A stretch of DNA of 64,000 bases from Planctomycetota bacterium. GTDB lineage: Bacteria; Planctomycetota; UBA1135; UBA2386. The position numbers and the translations under genes are program-made. The stretch covers positions 1,824,001 through 1,888,000 of the forward strand of contig OZ245838.1 in the NCBI GenBank assembly GCA_965228735.1, written 5' to 3'. Shown one piece after another: positions 34,659 through 43,492 of this stretch. Numbering within the stretch: position 1 is the stretch's first letter; the number at the start of each line of letters is the position of its first letter. The notes under the pieces are model-generated. The model saw nothing but the letters and a program-made list of their open reading frames with translations, was not told the DNA's origin and did not search any database.

Positions 34659-36416
34659 TCAGCGCTGCACGAACACGCCGTCGTTCTCTGCCGCCAGCCG
34701 CTGCAGCAGATCCGCGCCGCCGCCCGTGCCCGTGAACACGCAGTGGATCCGCACCCGCGCGTACTTGTTGGCCTCGCGCACGAGGGCGAGCAGGTCGTCG
34801 GTGTTCTGCACGGCGCCGGTCGTCGGCTGACCGTCGCTGAGAACGAACAGCTCGTCGATCTCGGTCTTGTGCTGTTCGCCGTAGCCGATCTCGTCGAGCT
34901 GCAGCGCCTGCACGAGCCCGTCGAACAGGTTGGTCCCGCCGTTGGCGCGCAGCCGGCTCAGCAGTTCGGTGAGCGAACGAGTCGAGTTGCGCCCGGGCTT
35001 GACGGGCCGCCGCGTCCACGTGCGCGCGTCCGCGGCGAACGTCAGCAGCTGGTAGCGCGACGCCGGATCCATCGCCTGCACCGCGAGCACGATCTGTTCC
35101 TTGGCCGCGTTGAGGCGCGTGTGCGTGCGCCGCCGCGGGCTCGCGGACGTCCCGCCAGCTGCCCCGGTCCCCGCGACCTGTTCGTCCATGCTGCCGCTCG
35201 TGTCGATGAGGAACGCGATGGACGAACCCGTGACCGGCACGCCGAAGAACGTGGCCTGCGTGCCCGCCCCCGTGTCCTTCTTGAGCACGTCGGGCACCTC
35301 GATGCGGTCCTTCTCGCGCGCCCAGAACTCGCGCCACGCGACGTAGTCCTGCTCCGGGATCAGCGCCCCGGTCATCGCGCGCAGCAGCCCACCGGCCTTC
35401 TCGCGGAGCAGCATCGACGCGCGCTGGTTGACGGTCGCGACGAGCTTGTCCGGCTCCTTGGAGGCGCGCTCGAGCGCGTCGATCAGCAGCGGGATCATCG
35501 CCCGCGACGGGTGCCGTTCGACGAGCTCGAGCAGGTCCATGTCGGTGCGCCAACCGGACTTTCCGAACTGGCTCAGCGCGACCTCGACCGCGCGCCGGCG
35601 ATCGAGTTTGGTCGGCAGCTCGCCGGGCAGCTGCGTGAGCTTGCGCAGCAGCCGCACGAGCGCCTGCGACACGACGGGGTGCCGCTCGAGCCGCACCCGC
35701 TCCATCACCTTGGACAGCGACTGCGGCCGCCGCTGGAAGTCGAGCGCCTCCGCGGCCGCGAGCCGAACGCGCGGATCGGGATCCCACAGACACGCCTCGA
35801 TCGTGCTGCGGAAGACCGGTCGGTTCTTCATCCCGAGCAGCCGCAACGCCGCAACGCGCCGCGCCGGCCCGGCGACCACGCCGCCGCTCTCGTCGTCGTT
35901 GGTCGTGACCGCACGCTCGGCCGACAGCACGAGCACCTGCTCACCCGCCGCCGCGCGCAGCAGCATGAACCACACGCCGCGATGATCCATGCGCATCAGC
36001 GACCAGTGCCCCTGCTCGCGCACCTCGAGCGCCGTGCGGTCCAGGAACGCCTCGTCGAACCCGGCCGCCGCCACCGCGAGCGCCGCCTCGCCGAGCTCCG
36101 TCGTCGGGTTGTGCTCCGCGAAGATCAGCATCTTGCCGAGCATGTCGAGATGCGTGATCCGATCGGCATCGCGTTCGTTCACGAGCCCGGCCGCCCGCGC
36201 CGCCCGCATGTAGCGCGGCTGCAGTCCATGCCCGTTGCGCACGAGCGCCCGCGGTCCGAGCCGCCCCGCTTCGAAGTCGGCGACCCACGCCAGCATCGCC
36301 GAAGCCGTGAGTTCCTGGTTCTCGCGAGTCGGCTCGATCTGCGCTGTGAGCGGGGCGAACGGCAGCAGGAGCAGCGCCCACGCGCAGCGCCGCAGCATCG
36401 AGTTGGATTCGGTCAT
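34659..36416 (-). CDS. Secreted HEAT-repeat plus VWA domain protein
   Basis: Signal peptide; DPDPRVRLAAAEAL; TFFGVP, FLIDTSGSM, GGTN, LSDGQP. Confidence 0.85.
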   Translation of the reverse strand: MTESNSMLRRCAWALLLLPFAPLTAQIEPTRENQELTASAMLAWVADFEAGRLGPRALVRNGHGLQPRYMRAARAAGLVNERDADRITHLDMLGKMLIFAEHNPTTELGEAALAVAAAGFDEAFLDRTALEVREQGHWSLMRMDHRGVWFMLLRAAAGEQVLVLSAERAVTTNDDESGGVVAGPARRVAALRLLGMKNRPVFRSTIEACLWDPDPRVRLAAAEALDFQRRPQSLSKVMERVRLERHPVVSQALVRLLRKLTQLPGELPTKLDRRRAVEVALSQFGKSGWRTDMDLLELVERHPSRAMIPLLIDALERASKEPDKLVATVNQRASMLLREKAGGLLRAMTGALIPEQDYVAWREFWAREKDRIEVPDVLKKDTGAGTQATFFGVPVTGSSIAFLIDTSGSMDEQVAGTGAAGGTSASPRRRTHTRLNAAKEQIVLAVQAMDPASRYQLLTFAADARTWTRRPVKPGRNSTRSLTELLSRLRANGGTNLFDGLVQALQLDEIGYGEQHKTEIDELFVLSDGQPTTGAVQNTDDLLALVREANKYARVRIHCVFTGTGGGADLLQRLAAENDGVFVQR

Positions 36417-36561
36417 GGGCAGGGGCCGGACTCCGGAAGCCCGGCGGATGGGCAGGGCCGGGACCGGCCAACGCCCGAGGGGTCAGGGCTGGTTATACGC
36501 GCCCGGCGGGGATTTGGAGACCCCCGCGGCGCCGCCCGTAAGGCCGGAGGTGGGCAAACGT

Positions 36562-37323
36562 TCAATCCCACCAGACGAACCACGTCCCGGCGCCGAGCAA
36601 CGAAGCGGCCAGCGCGTTGAGCGTTTCCGTGCCCTGGTAGACGAGGTCGCCACCCGAATACACGAACTGCTCCCGCGCCAGCTGCAACGCCGCGTCACGC
36701 TCGAGCGGCGGCTCCGCGACGCGAAACTCGATCGTGTCGCCGCTCACGCAGACGACCTCGGCGCCGAATCGCCGGTGCCAATCGCGCTGCATCGCCACGT
36801 GCACCTCGGCGTCGGGGCACTCGTTCCAGCCGCCGAACCGCAGGTGCGCCAGCGCCTCCCACGGCGAAGTCGTCGGCACGAGCGCGATCCAGACTCCGGC
36901 GGCCGGCCGACCGCGGTTGTCGACCGGCACCGTGAACGCGGACTGCGGCTCGACGCCGTGCCAGTCCTCCTCCGTCCCCGACTCGACGTCGCCGTACAAC
37001 TCGGGGTCGTCCGCCTCACGTTCTGCAAGCCAGGGGGCGGGCTCGATCCCCTGCGCCGCGCGCAAGATTTCACCGACCCCGCCCTCCTCCATCTCGGGCA
37101 GCTCGGCCAAAGTGCCGTGCTCATCGCGGCACACGAGCGGATAGTGGCCGAGCTGCGGCACCAGCGGCCGAATCGCCTCCCACGTCGACAGTGCGGCCCC
37201 CCGTGGAACATCGAACCGCAGAACGTCGCCGCCGGGATCCGCGATCTGCACCCCGATCTCGCCGACCTCGATGCCGGCGTCCAGCAGCACGCGCCGGACC
37301 GTTCTTGGATCGCTCTCCGCCAT
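36562..37323 (-). CDS. DUF4253 domain-containing protein
   Basis: FGGWNECP, W..RFGAE, DTIEF.V..PP, LAREQF, W..WWD C-terminus. Confidence 0.85.
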   Translation of the reverse strand: MAESDPRTVRRVLLDAGIEVGEIGVQIADPGGDVLRFDVPRGAALSTWEAIRPLVPQLGHYPLVCRDEHGTLAELPEMEEGGVGEILRAAQGIEPAPWLAEREADDPELYGDVESGTEEDWHGVEPQSAFTVPVDNRGRPAAGVWIALVPTTSPWEALAHLRFGGWNECPDAEVHVAMQRDWHRRFGAEVVCVSGDTIEFRVAEPPLERDAALQLAREQFVYSGGDLVYQGTETLNALAASLLGAGTWFVWWD

Positions 37324-37403
37324 CGTGAACCACCCTAGCGCAACCGCGCCCGCCCGTCCTCTTGTGTCGACCCCGCGGATGGTCGATACTACTCGCCGAC
37401 CAC

Positions 37404-37755
37404 GGGGGCGATCGGCTTCGACCGGATGTCGACTCGTTCAGGGTGGCGCGCCGAGGTCCGGTGCACCTCGTTAATCCCGCCGGAAAACCTTAACTGCCAA
37501 CACGCAGTACTCCCTCGCTGCCTAAACAACGGTAACGAGCGTCGAGGCTCCTTCGCCTGCGGGGGGCCGAGACGACACACAGCAGGCTGGTCGTCGGTGG
37601 CTGCTCGGCCCATCGACGGCGAGACACAGTCGAGCTGGCTCTTGCCGCCCCTGTTCGTCGGGACGGTCGGAGTGAGAACCAACGGCGAACTACGCGCGTA
37701 GAGGCTCTGTTCGAAGCATCCTGGGACGCGGGTTCGATTCCCGCCGCCTCCACCA
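37404..37755 (+). ncRNA. ssrA: tmRNA; resume-codon tag (A)ANTQYSLAA at 37496-37525
   Basis: 5' GGGGGCG pairs with 3' CGCCTCC-ACCA with a G3:U pair; T-arm GCGGGTTCGATTCCCGC; tag ORF ending LAA-stop preceded by TTAACT. Confidence 0.95.
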
Positions 37756-37760
37756 CTTCC

Positions 37761-37798
37761 CGTTCGCGTGCGCTGGCGTTCGCCAGCGTGCGCGGGCG
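37761..37798 (+). terminator. Hairpin just 3' of tmRNA, likely terminator or processing stem
   Basis: cgttcgcgtgcgctggc-gttc-gccagcgtgcgcgggcg stem with G:U pairs on the + strand; weak U tail. Confidence 0.55.
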
Positions 37799-37816
37799 TG
37801 CTAATTGTTGCGTGGG

Positions 37817-38272
37817 TCATAATTTCGGATCCGTTCTAGGGGGTTCGGTTACGTCGGTAGTTGTTCCAGGGTGTTCGGCGTTGTTCGCCGCTGTAGCACC
37901 CGGCTCAGCACCCGGCGGGGGTGATTCCTGACAGTCGGGGGTGTTCAAGCTCCCGGAGGGTTTCCACACCACGTCGTCCAGCACGGCGTTGCGCAGCGCA
38001 TCCGGGGCGGTGTCGATGAAGTGGCCCGGAGCGACCTCGACCACCGTGTCGGGCGCGGGCTTCCAGTTCACCGGCGGCAGCGGCGTGCGACCTCCGACGA
38101 CCGTGACCATTCCGATGATGTCGTGCTCAGGCACGCCGCTGCGTCGCACGAGATCCCGCACACCGGCCTCGTCGTGCTCCGTCGGCGGCAGGCCCGCAAA
38201 CGTCTCCCCGAACTTGTAGCGTTTGAGCACGCCATCCCGGACGTAGTGGAACTCGTACCGAGCGTCAGACAT
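37817..38272 (-). CDS. Phage hypothetical protein
   Basis: ATG with GGAGG SD, overlapping the upstream gene; C-terminus runs through the att arm. Confidence 0.55.
   Translation of the reverse strand: MSDARYEFHYVRDGVLKRYKFGETFAGLPPTEHDEAGVRDLVRRSGVPEHDIIGMVTVVGGRTPLPPVNWKPAPDTVVEVAPGHFIDTAPDALRNAVLDDVVWKPSGSLNTPDCQESPPPGAEPGATAANNAEHPGTTTDVTEPPRTDPKL
37823..37916. promoter_or_regulatory. Putative att-arm protein-binding array
   Basis: GTTC at 37833, 37843, 37863, 37873, 37883 (variants at 37823, 37853), i.e. 10-bp phasing; direct repeat AGCACCCGGC at 37895 and 37907. Confidence 0.6.
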
Positions 38273-38981
38273 CGCCTCCCTCCTCCGGAGTCGCCTCGGC
38301 CGCGGCGTTCCACAGCTCAGCCATTCGCTCGGCCTCTGCCTCGGTCAGGCCGTCGCCTCGGATCTTGTGTCCGACGGTTGCGACCCAGCCGTCGAGTTCC
38401 GACCAGAACTGCACCTCATCGTCGATCGTCTCGACGCGCAGCTTGCCGTTGATCGCGATCTCGTCGTGACCTGTTGGGCCCCTCGCCGCGGACGCGGCAC
38501 CGTCGGATTCTGACAATGCCGCAATCTCATCCTCGGTCATCGACTCGCGCAGGCGCTTGACGCCCTCGGCAAACCCGAGCTCCGGCTTCGGGTTCGCAGC
38601 GTCGTGGCGAGCGAGGGCTTCGCGAAGGTCATCCGCCTCAAGCGGCTGATACTCCTCGAATGTCGCCAGCAACGCCCGCGCCGTATCCCGCACGACCCGC
38701 AGCGAGCGCAGTTCGGCCATGAACGGGTCAACCGGTGGCGACATCTCAGTGTCCTGGCACGACCAACCTCGGTTGTCACCATCGAGCGAGATGTGGAACA
38801 GCTGGCAGCAGGAACACCTCGCGGCCTCCACGCGCTCGTAGCGGTAGCGGCCCTTCACGTACGGCTGCTCGCACCACGACTTGGCCTCGGCCTCACTGTC
38901 GAACAGGTGACCGTGGCAACAGCCTCGATCAGGCACCATCGAAACCAGCTTCCAACGGGTCTTGGTTTCCACCGACATCAT
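38265..38981 (-). CDS. Phage hypothetical protein (Cys-rich N-terminus)
   Basis: ATGA overlap with the integrase stop; GGAGG SD; 3' part of the 38265..39464 ORF. Confidence 0.6.
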   Translation of the reverse strand: MMSVETKTRWKLVSMVPDRGCCHGHLFDSEAEAKSWCEQPYVKGRYRYERVEAARCSCCQLFHISLDGDNRGWSCQDTEMSPPVDPFMAELRSLRVVRDTARALLATFEEYQPLEADDLREALARHDAANPKPELGFAEGVKRLRESMTEDEIAALSESDGAASAARGPTGHDEIAINGKLRVETIDDEVQFWSELDGWVATVGHKIRGDGLTEAEAERMAELWNAAAEATPEEGGDV

Positions 38982-40195
38982 GACTGCTGCTCCTCCTCCG
39001 GCTTCCCCCAGAACGACTCCGACAACAACCGCGCCCCATCCCGCAGATCCTCGCGCCCGAGCTTCTCGTAGTGCTTGGCGGTCAGCTTCGGGTCGACGTG
39101 GCGGATCAGCCGCCGGCCGGTCTGCATCGGCACGCCCGCGCGCGCGATCAGCGTCGCGAACGTGCTGCGCAGCGCGTGGAAGTCGAGCGTCCGGCCCTCG
39201 TCGTCCACCACCGGGATACCGGCGTGCTTGGCGTCGGCGCGCACCCGCTCGGCGATGTTGTTCGGCACCTCGAACACCAGCGAACGCGGCGGCACGGCCC
39301 TGCCGGTCCGGCGCGCGGTCTCGGTGCGCTGTTTGCGCAGGCGCTCGGCCAGCACCGGGTCGAGCGGGATCGGGTCCTTGCGCTTGGCCTTGGTGAACTT
39401 CGCGCGCGGCGTCACCCAGGCGTCGACGCCGAGCTCGAGGTCGGCCCAGCGGATGCTGCGACACTCGCTCTTGCGCAGGCCGGTGAGCGCCACGAACAGG
39501 TAGAGCGTGCCGCGGCGCCAGCCGATCCAGCGGAAGCGCTCGAGGGTCACCTCGTGCGCGTCGGGGTTGGCGTCGCGGTAGTTGTCGCGGGACCGGCCCT
39601 CGGCCGCCTCGACGAGCAGCTTGACCTGCTCGGCGGTGAGCGCCAGGCGCTCCTTGCTGGCATCGCTCGGCTTGCCGACGGCGCCGAGCCGCCGGAACGG
39701 GTCCTTCGGCAGCCGGTCGAGATCGGCCAGCCAGGCGCCGAACTGGCCGAGCGCGGTGGCGTAGTGGTCGCGGGTCTTCACCGACAGGCCGGCTTCGTCC
39801 ATCAGGCGGCCGAGGAAGACCTCGGCCTTGGCGACGTCGAGGTCGCTGATCGAGGTCGCCTTCATCTCGCGGAAGGCCTTGAGCAGCCGCGAGCGCATCA
39901 GCTTGCGATGCTTCTCGGTGCGGTTGCGGGAGCTGATGCCGGCGAGGAAGTCCTCGACGTGCTGCGTCAGCGGGCGGGCGCGGTGCTTGCGGTAGGGATC
40001 GCCGAGGCCGACCTCGTCGCGGGCGGCTTCGCGTTGGCGTTGCGCGAGCAGCTGCTCGCTGGCCTTCTTGTCGGTGTACGCGCGCTCTCGTTGCCGCTTG
40101 CCGTTGGCGGTGTACTGGATCGTCCAGACCTTCTCGAGCTTGCCGTCGGCGAGCTTGCGGCGGTACAGCGATCCGTGAGAGCGGCGGCGGGGCAC
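38978..40195 (-). CDS. int: Tyrosine integrase
   Basis: N-terminal arm-binding-like domain; catalytic residues apparent in TGLRKSE, TKAK, FHALR, RH.D..LT..HY. Confidence 0.92.
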   Translation of the reverse strand: MPRRRSHGSLYRRKLADGKLEKVWTIQYTANGKRQRERAYTDKKASEQLLAQRQREAARDEVGLGDPYRKHRARPLTQHVEDFLAGISSRNRTEKHRKLMRSRLLKAFREMKATSISDLDVAKAEVFLGRLMDEAGLSVKTRDHYATALGQFGAWLADLDRLPKDPFRRLGAVGKPSDASKERLALTAEQVKLLVEAAEGRSRDNYRDANPDAHEVTLERFRWIGWRRGTLYLFVALTGLRKSECRSIRWADLELGVDAWVTPRAKFTKAKRKDPIPLDPVLAERLRKQRTETARRTGRAVPPRSLVFEVPNNIAERVRADAKHAGIPVVDDEGRTLDFHALRSTFATLIARAGVPMQTGRRLIRHVDPKLTAKHYEKLGREDLRDGARLLSESFWGKPEEEQQS

Positions 40196-40198
40196 GGG

Positions 40199-40414
40199 TC
40201 AGTCCTTGGCGTTGTCGGGCTTGGCCAGCCAGGCGCGGACCTCGTCGGCGACGAACAGCCGGCGGCCGCCGCGGACGCGGGGCTTCGGGAACGCGCCGGT
40301 GGAGACCATCTTCGCGATCGTGGTGCGGCCGAGGCCGACGACCTGGGCGACCTCGTGGTAGCTCCAGGCGATCTTCTCGTTGAGCGGGATGGGGTGGGTT
40401 TCGGTGTCGGTCAT
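40199..40414 (-). CDS. Excisionase / AlpA-family HTH protein
   Basis: EVAQVVGLGRTTIAKMVSTGAFPKP...GGRRLF..DEVRAWL; GAGG SD; directly upstream of int. Confidence 0.85.
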   Translation of the reverse strand: MTDTETHPIPLNEKIAWSYHEVAQVVGLGRTTIAKMVSTGAFPKPRVRGGRRLFVADEVRAWLAKPDNAKD

Positions 40415-40422
40415 TTCGGTCC

Positions 40423-40686
40423 TCAATCGTCGTGCGCCGGACTGATATCCTCCACCTCGGCGCTACTCACGCCGTCCACGCAGCTCAGGTAGTGCGCCAC
40501 GTGCCGCCCCCTCGCCACGATCACCATCACAGCCTCTCCCGATTCCAACGCGCGCGACAGAGCGGTGCTCGGATCGCCATGCAGGCCGAGGAACGAGGCC
40601 ATTGATTCCTCGGCCTGGTCCGCGACCATCTTCGCCGCGAGCCGGCGCGCGGCGCGCGCCACGCTGTCGGGGTTCAGGTCAGCCAC
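40423..40686 (-). CDS. Phage hypothetical protein
   Basis: GTG with GGAGG SD, packed in the operon. Confidence 0.55.
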   Translation of the reverse strand: MADLNPDSVARAARRLAAKMVADQAEESMASFLGLHGDPSTALSRALESGEAVMVIVARGRHVAHYLSCVDGVSSAEVEDISPAHDD

Positions 40687-41092
40687 GGAGCTGATCCTCC
40701 TTGCTTCGGACTCGCAGCTGGTCTACGGAGGAGCGCAGCGCGCGAGCGCAGCGCTCGAGCAGGTTCGCGCAGGCGTCCGGATCGCCGCGGATCACGAGGT
40801 AGCGAGCCTCGAGCGGGCCCCTGGCCTCGCCGATGCTGATGCGGAGACAGTCGGGGTCTTCTGGCAGGCGTCGCATGTGGACGCAGAACTTGTTGAGCTC
40901 GGCCAGCGGTTGCTCGTTGGGGCCGCCGGCGGTGATCACGGACTCGCCGTTCTCGACCATCTGCTTGGCGCGCTGCTCGAGGCGGTCGAACTGCTCTTGA
41001 GCGATCTGCTCACGCCAGGGTGATTGGTCGCCGTACAGCAGGCGACGGAGGTTCTCGGAGATCGGGGAATCGCTGTCGGGGTGGGTTTGCAT
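40679..41092 (-). CDS. Phage hypothetical protein
   Basis: ATG 41092 with GGAG SD (MQTHPDSD...). Confidence 0.6.
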   Translation of the reverse strand: MQTHPDSDSPISENLRRLLYGDQSPWREQIAQEQFDRLEQRAKQMVENGESVITAGGPNEQPLAELNKFCVHMRRLPEDPDCLRISIGEARGPLEARYLVIRGDPDACANLLERCARALRSSVDQLRVRSKEDQLRG

Positions 41093-41255
41093 GATCAGTT
41101 CTCCGCAGTTGGTTCCGACATGTTGTCGAAGATGTCCGCACGGCGGCGGAACCGTGCTTCTTGCAGAGGTCGAACACGCGGAACGCGTACTCGCGACGCG
41201 TATCACGAATGCGGGCCTCGGCGAACCGTGCTTCCTTGTCGTCCGCGCTACCCAT
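41010..41255 (-). CDS. Possible small phage protein
   Basis: ATG with GGAGG SD overlapping the upstream stop (MGSADDKEAR...); overlaps the downstream gene by ~80 bp. Confidence 0.35.
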   Translation of the reverse strand: MGSADDKEARFAEARIRDTRREYAFRVFDLCKKHGSAAVRTSSTTCRNQLRRTDHANPPRQRFPDLREPPSPAVRRPITLA

Positions 41256-41850
41256 GCCCGGCCTCCCGCAACTCCCGCTGCACGAGCACCAGTGCAGCCC
41301 CAGCCTGCGCCAGAGATGGCTGCAAGTCGTCGCACTGCAGGCCGAGGGCGAACAGATCGAACGGGCTCGAAAGGCGTGCGACCTTCTCGGGGTGGACCCG
41401 AGCAACCGCGCGAACCCGGTCGACAAGTGACTGCGCGGTGCCGAACAGCGTCCAGCTGGAGCCGAACCCGAGGACGGTGCCGAGCGCTTCGGTGAGGTCG
41501 TCGCGGAGGTCGCGGGCGTAGCGGAACGCGGCCTCCTCGCCCTCGAGCGCGGCGTCGCGCTGCGCCTCGAGGTCGATCTCGTCGGCTGGCTCGGGGCCGC
41601 CGCAGGCCACCGAGGCGCCGTCGCCGTGCTCAGCATCGAACTGGGCGGCAGCGCACCGCGCCGCGTCGTCCATGGCGTGCTCTTGCGCCAGCGCCTCGGC
41701 CTGGCCGGCCTGGCGCAGGATGCGGTCGACCTCCTCGAGGACGCCGCGCCGGATGTTGCCGAGCGAGTCGCCGGTGGTGTCCTTCTGCAGGCGCTCGCGC
41801 CAGCCGACGAGCTCGTCGTGCAGGACCTTGGCGGCCAGGGCGCTAACCAT
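41248..41850 (-). CDS. Phage hypothetical protein
   Basis: ATG with GGAGGTG SD; helical, normal codon usage. Confidence 0.65.
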   Translation of the reverse strand: MVSALAAKVLHDELVGWRERLQKDTTGDSLGNIRRGVLEEVDRILRQAGQAEALAQEHAMDDAARCAAAQFDAEHGDGASVACGGPEPADEIDLEAQRDAALEGEEAAFRYARDLRDDLTEALGTVLGFGSSWTLFGTAQSLVDRVRAVARVHPEKVARLSSPFDLFALGLQCDDLQPSLAQAGAALVLVQRELREAGHG

Positions 41851-41973
41851 GGGTCACCTCCCCGCGCGAAGTGCGCCGCGCCGCCAGTCCTCCGCACGCG
41901 ACGGGTGTCTCACGGCCGGTTCGGCCGGCCGCGGGAACACCCCGCGACCGGATCAACCGCGCGGCGCGGCGGG

Positions 41974-42049
41974 TGGTTGCCGGAGCGGGACTCGAACCCG
42001 CGACCTTCGGGGCATGAGCCCGACGAGCTGCCTGCTGCTCCATCCGGCG
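41974..42049 (-). tRNA. Phage-encoded initiator tRNA-Met (CAT)
   Basis: 76-nt cloverleaf; C1:A72 mismatch, G2-C71, C3-G70, A11-U24, three consecutive G-C anticodon-stem pairs, GTTCGA T-loop, encoded CCA. Confidence 0.92.
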
Positions 42050-42274
42050 AAAGAAGGTCCCCGAGCCCGCGGTCACGGCGCCGGTCAGAACACCGCTGGG
42101 GCGTGGCATCACCCCACGGGCTCGGGGTCGCGGCCGCGGGCGGGAACTCACGGCCGTGAATGGGAAAGGCGGCAGCGGGCGGCGGATACTGGTACTGAGG
42201 TCGCCGCCTGCGGGGCTTTCGGGAAAAGGGGAAGAAGGAGAGTCTGCCCCGGCTCGCTGCCGTGTGTTCGGTTC

Positions 42275-42339
42275 GGAGAAAAAGGGCCCGGCCGCATCGG
42301 CACGCTCCCTGCGCGTGCCGACCCTCGCGCGGCCGGGCC
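42275..42339 (-). terminator. Candidate intrinsic terminator in the leftward leader
   Basis: 11-bp outer plus 9-bp inner perfect stems (42285-42339) followed by CTTTTTCTCC on the minus strand. Confidence 0.5.
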
Positions 42340-42929
42340 GTCCCATGCACCTGCTCTGGCAGATTGCGTTCGACGCGCGCGACACCGCCCGGGTGCGCGC
42401 GGCCTGGTGTTCGGGCGGGGAAAACCTCGGGGTGGCTGTCACCGCAGCTGCGGCGCGGGCATCACTCCCTCGATGGCTTCTCGCCGAGAGGGTAGGAGCG
42501 TCGCCCGTGCCCAGCGGGTGGCGGTCCTGGTTGCGTGTACCGACCCCGCAACCCCGGCCGGCGGTTTCGGTAAGGCCCCCGAGAAAATCGCGGGAACGCG
42601 CATCCTCGGCCACCGCAGAGGCTTGGACCGGCAGCGCCGCGGCTCCTGCGGGCAATCCCTTAAGGCGGTATCGTTCTCCTCGGCGATGACGAGGAGTCCG
42701 GGAACCGACAGTCGAAAGAGTGGACCCACCGCTGCGGCCAGGCGCAGCGGTGAAGCCGTTCAGCTGGCCGCTGCTCGCGGTTGTGTGACCACCCGGTCGC
42801 ATGCACCGAGCCGCGCCTGGCGCTGTGCGGCTCGTTTCGGCGGCCAGAAGACTGGAAGCCGCGGTCGGAGAGTTCCGCCGCGGCAGTTGTGTCGTGGTTC
42901 GCATGGCGACTCCTGGGTGGTCACGGGGG

Positions 42930-43016
42930 TGAGCATTACCGGAAAACTATTGCTTCTGCAAGCAGTGGATTCCCTGGTCTGCCAAGTTTCTCGTCGGGTG
43001 CGTATGCATTCACCGA
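42930..43016. promoter_or_regulatory. Divergent promoter/operator region of the prophage switch
   Basis: AT-rich patch between divergent units; minus-strand TTGCAG (42956-42961) -35-like box; inverted repeat TGCTT-N4-AAGCA (42951-42964) overlapping it. Confidence 0.45.
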
Positions 43017-43066
43017 CCATCTGGGCAGACTGGCGAAGCGCTTCACGCCCCTCCCAGCCTCGACCA

Positions 43067-43492
43067 ATGCCGGACCTGCCGATCCTCGCCGCTCGGATCC
43101 GCGCCGCGCTCGCGCTCCGTCAAGCGACGCATGCGGCGCTCGCGGAGCGCACCGGGCGCTCGCTACGAACCGTTGGCAACTGGGTCGCGGGGCGCACTGA
43201 GCCGGAAGCGTCTGAGGTCGCTCTGATCGGCCGTGCTCTTGATGTCTCGACCGACTACTTGCTCGGACTGGTTGACCACGAACAAGGGCTACGGCCTGGC
43301 ATGTGGGTCATCGACGCCGACTCTGCACAGGTTCCCGCGCAGGGCGAGCGCTGGGCCTTTCAGATTCCGGCACGGCCACGACTTGTTGGCGAAGCCGAGA
43401 AGCTGAGGATTGAGAGCGCCGGCGAAGCGCAGCTTCGGCCGCGACCGCGCGGCCGTCCGCGTCGCAAAGGAGGGGACGATGGCCATCAATGA
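43067..43492 (+). CDS. XRE-family HTH repressor
   Basis: RIRAAL...THAALAERTG.S..TVGNW..G..EP....IGRALDVSTDYLLG; 3' part of the 41672..43492 ORF; no S24 peptidase motif recognised. Confidence 0.85.
   Translation: MPDLPILAARIRAALALRQATHAALAERTGRSLRTVGNWVAGRTEPEASEVALIGRALDVSTDYLLGLVDHEQGLRPGMWVIDADSAQVPAQGERWAFQIPARPRLVGEAEKLRIESAGEAQLRPRPRGRPRRKGGDDGHQ

Noticed and set aside
37426..37756. Small ORFs over the tmRNA
   Set aside because: Explained by the tmRNA; only the short tag peptide is credible.
41672..43066. 606-aa ORF as a long repressor
   Set aside because: Only the last ~141 aa form an XRE protein; the upstream part crosses the tRNA antisense and is low-complexity.
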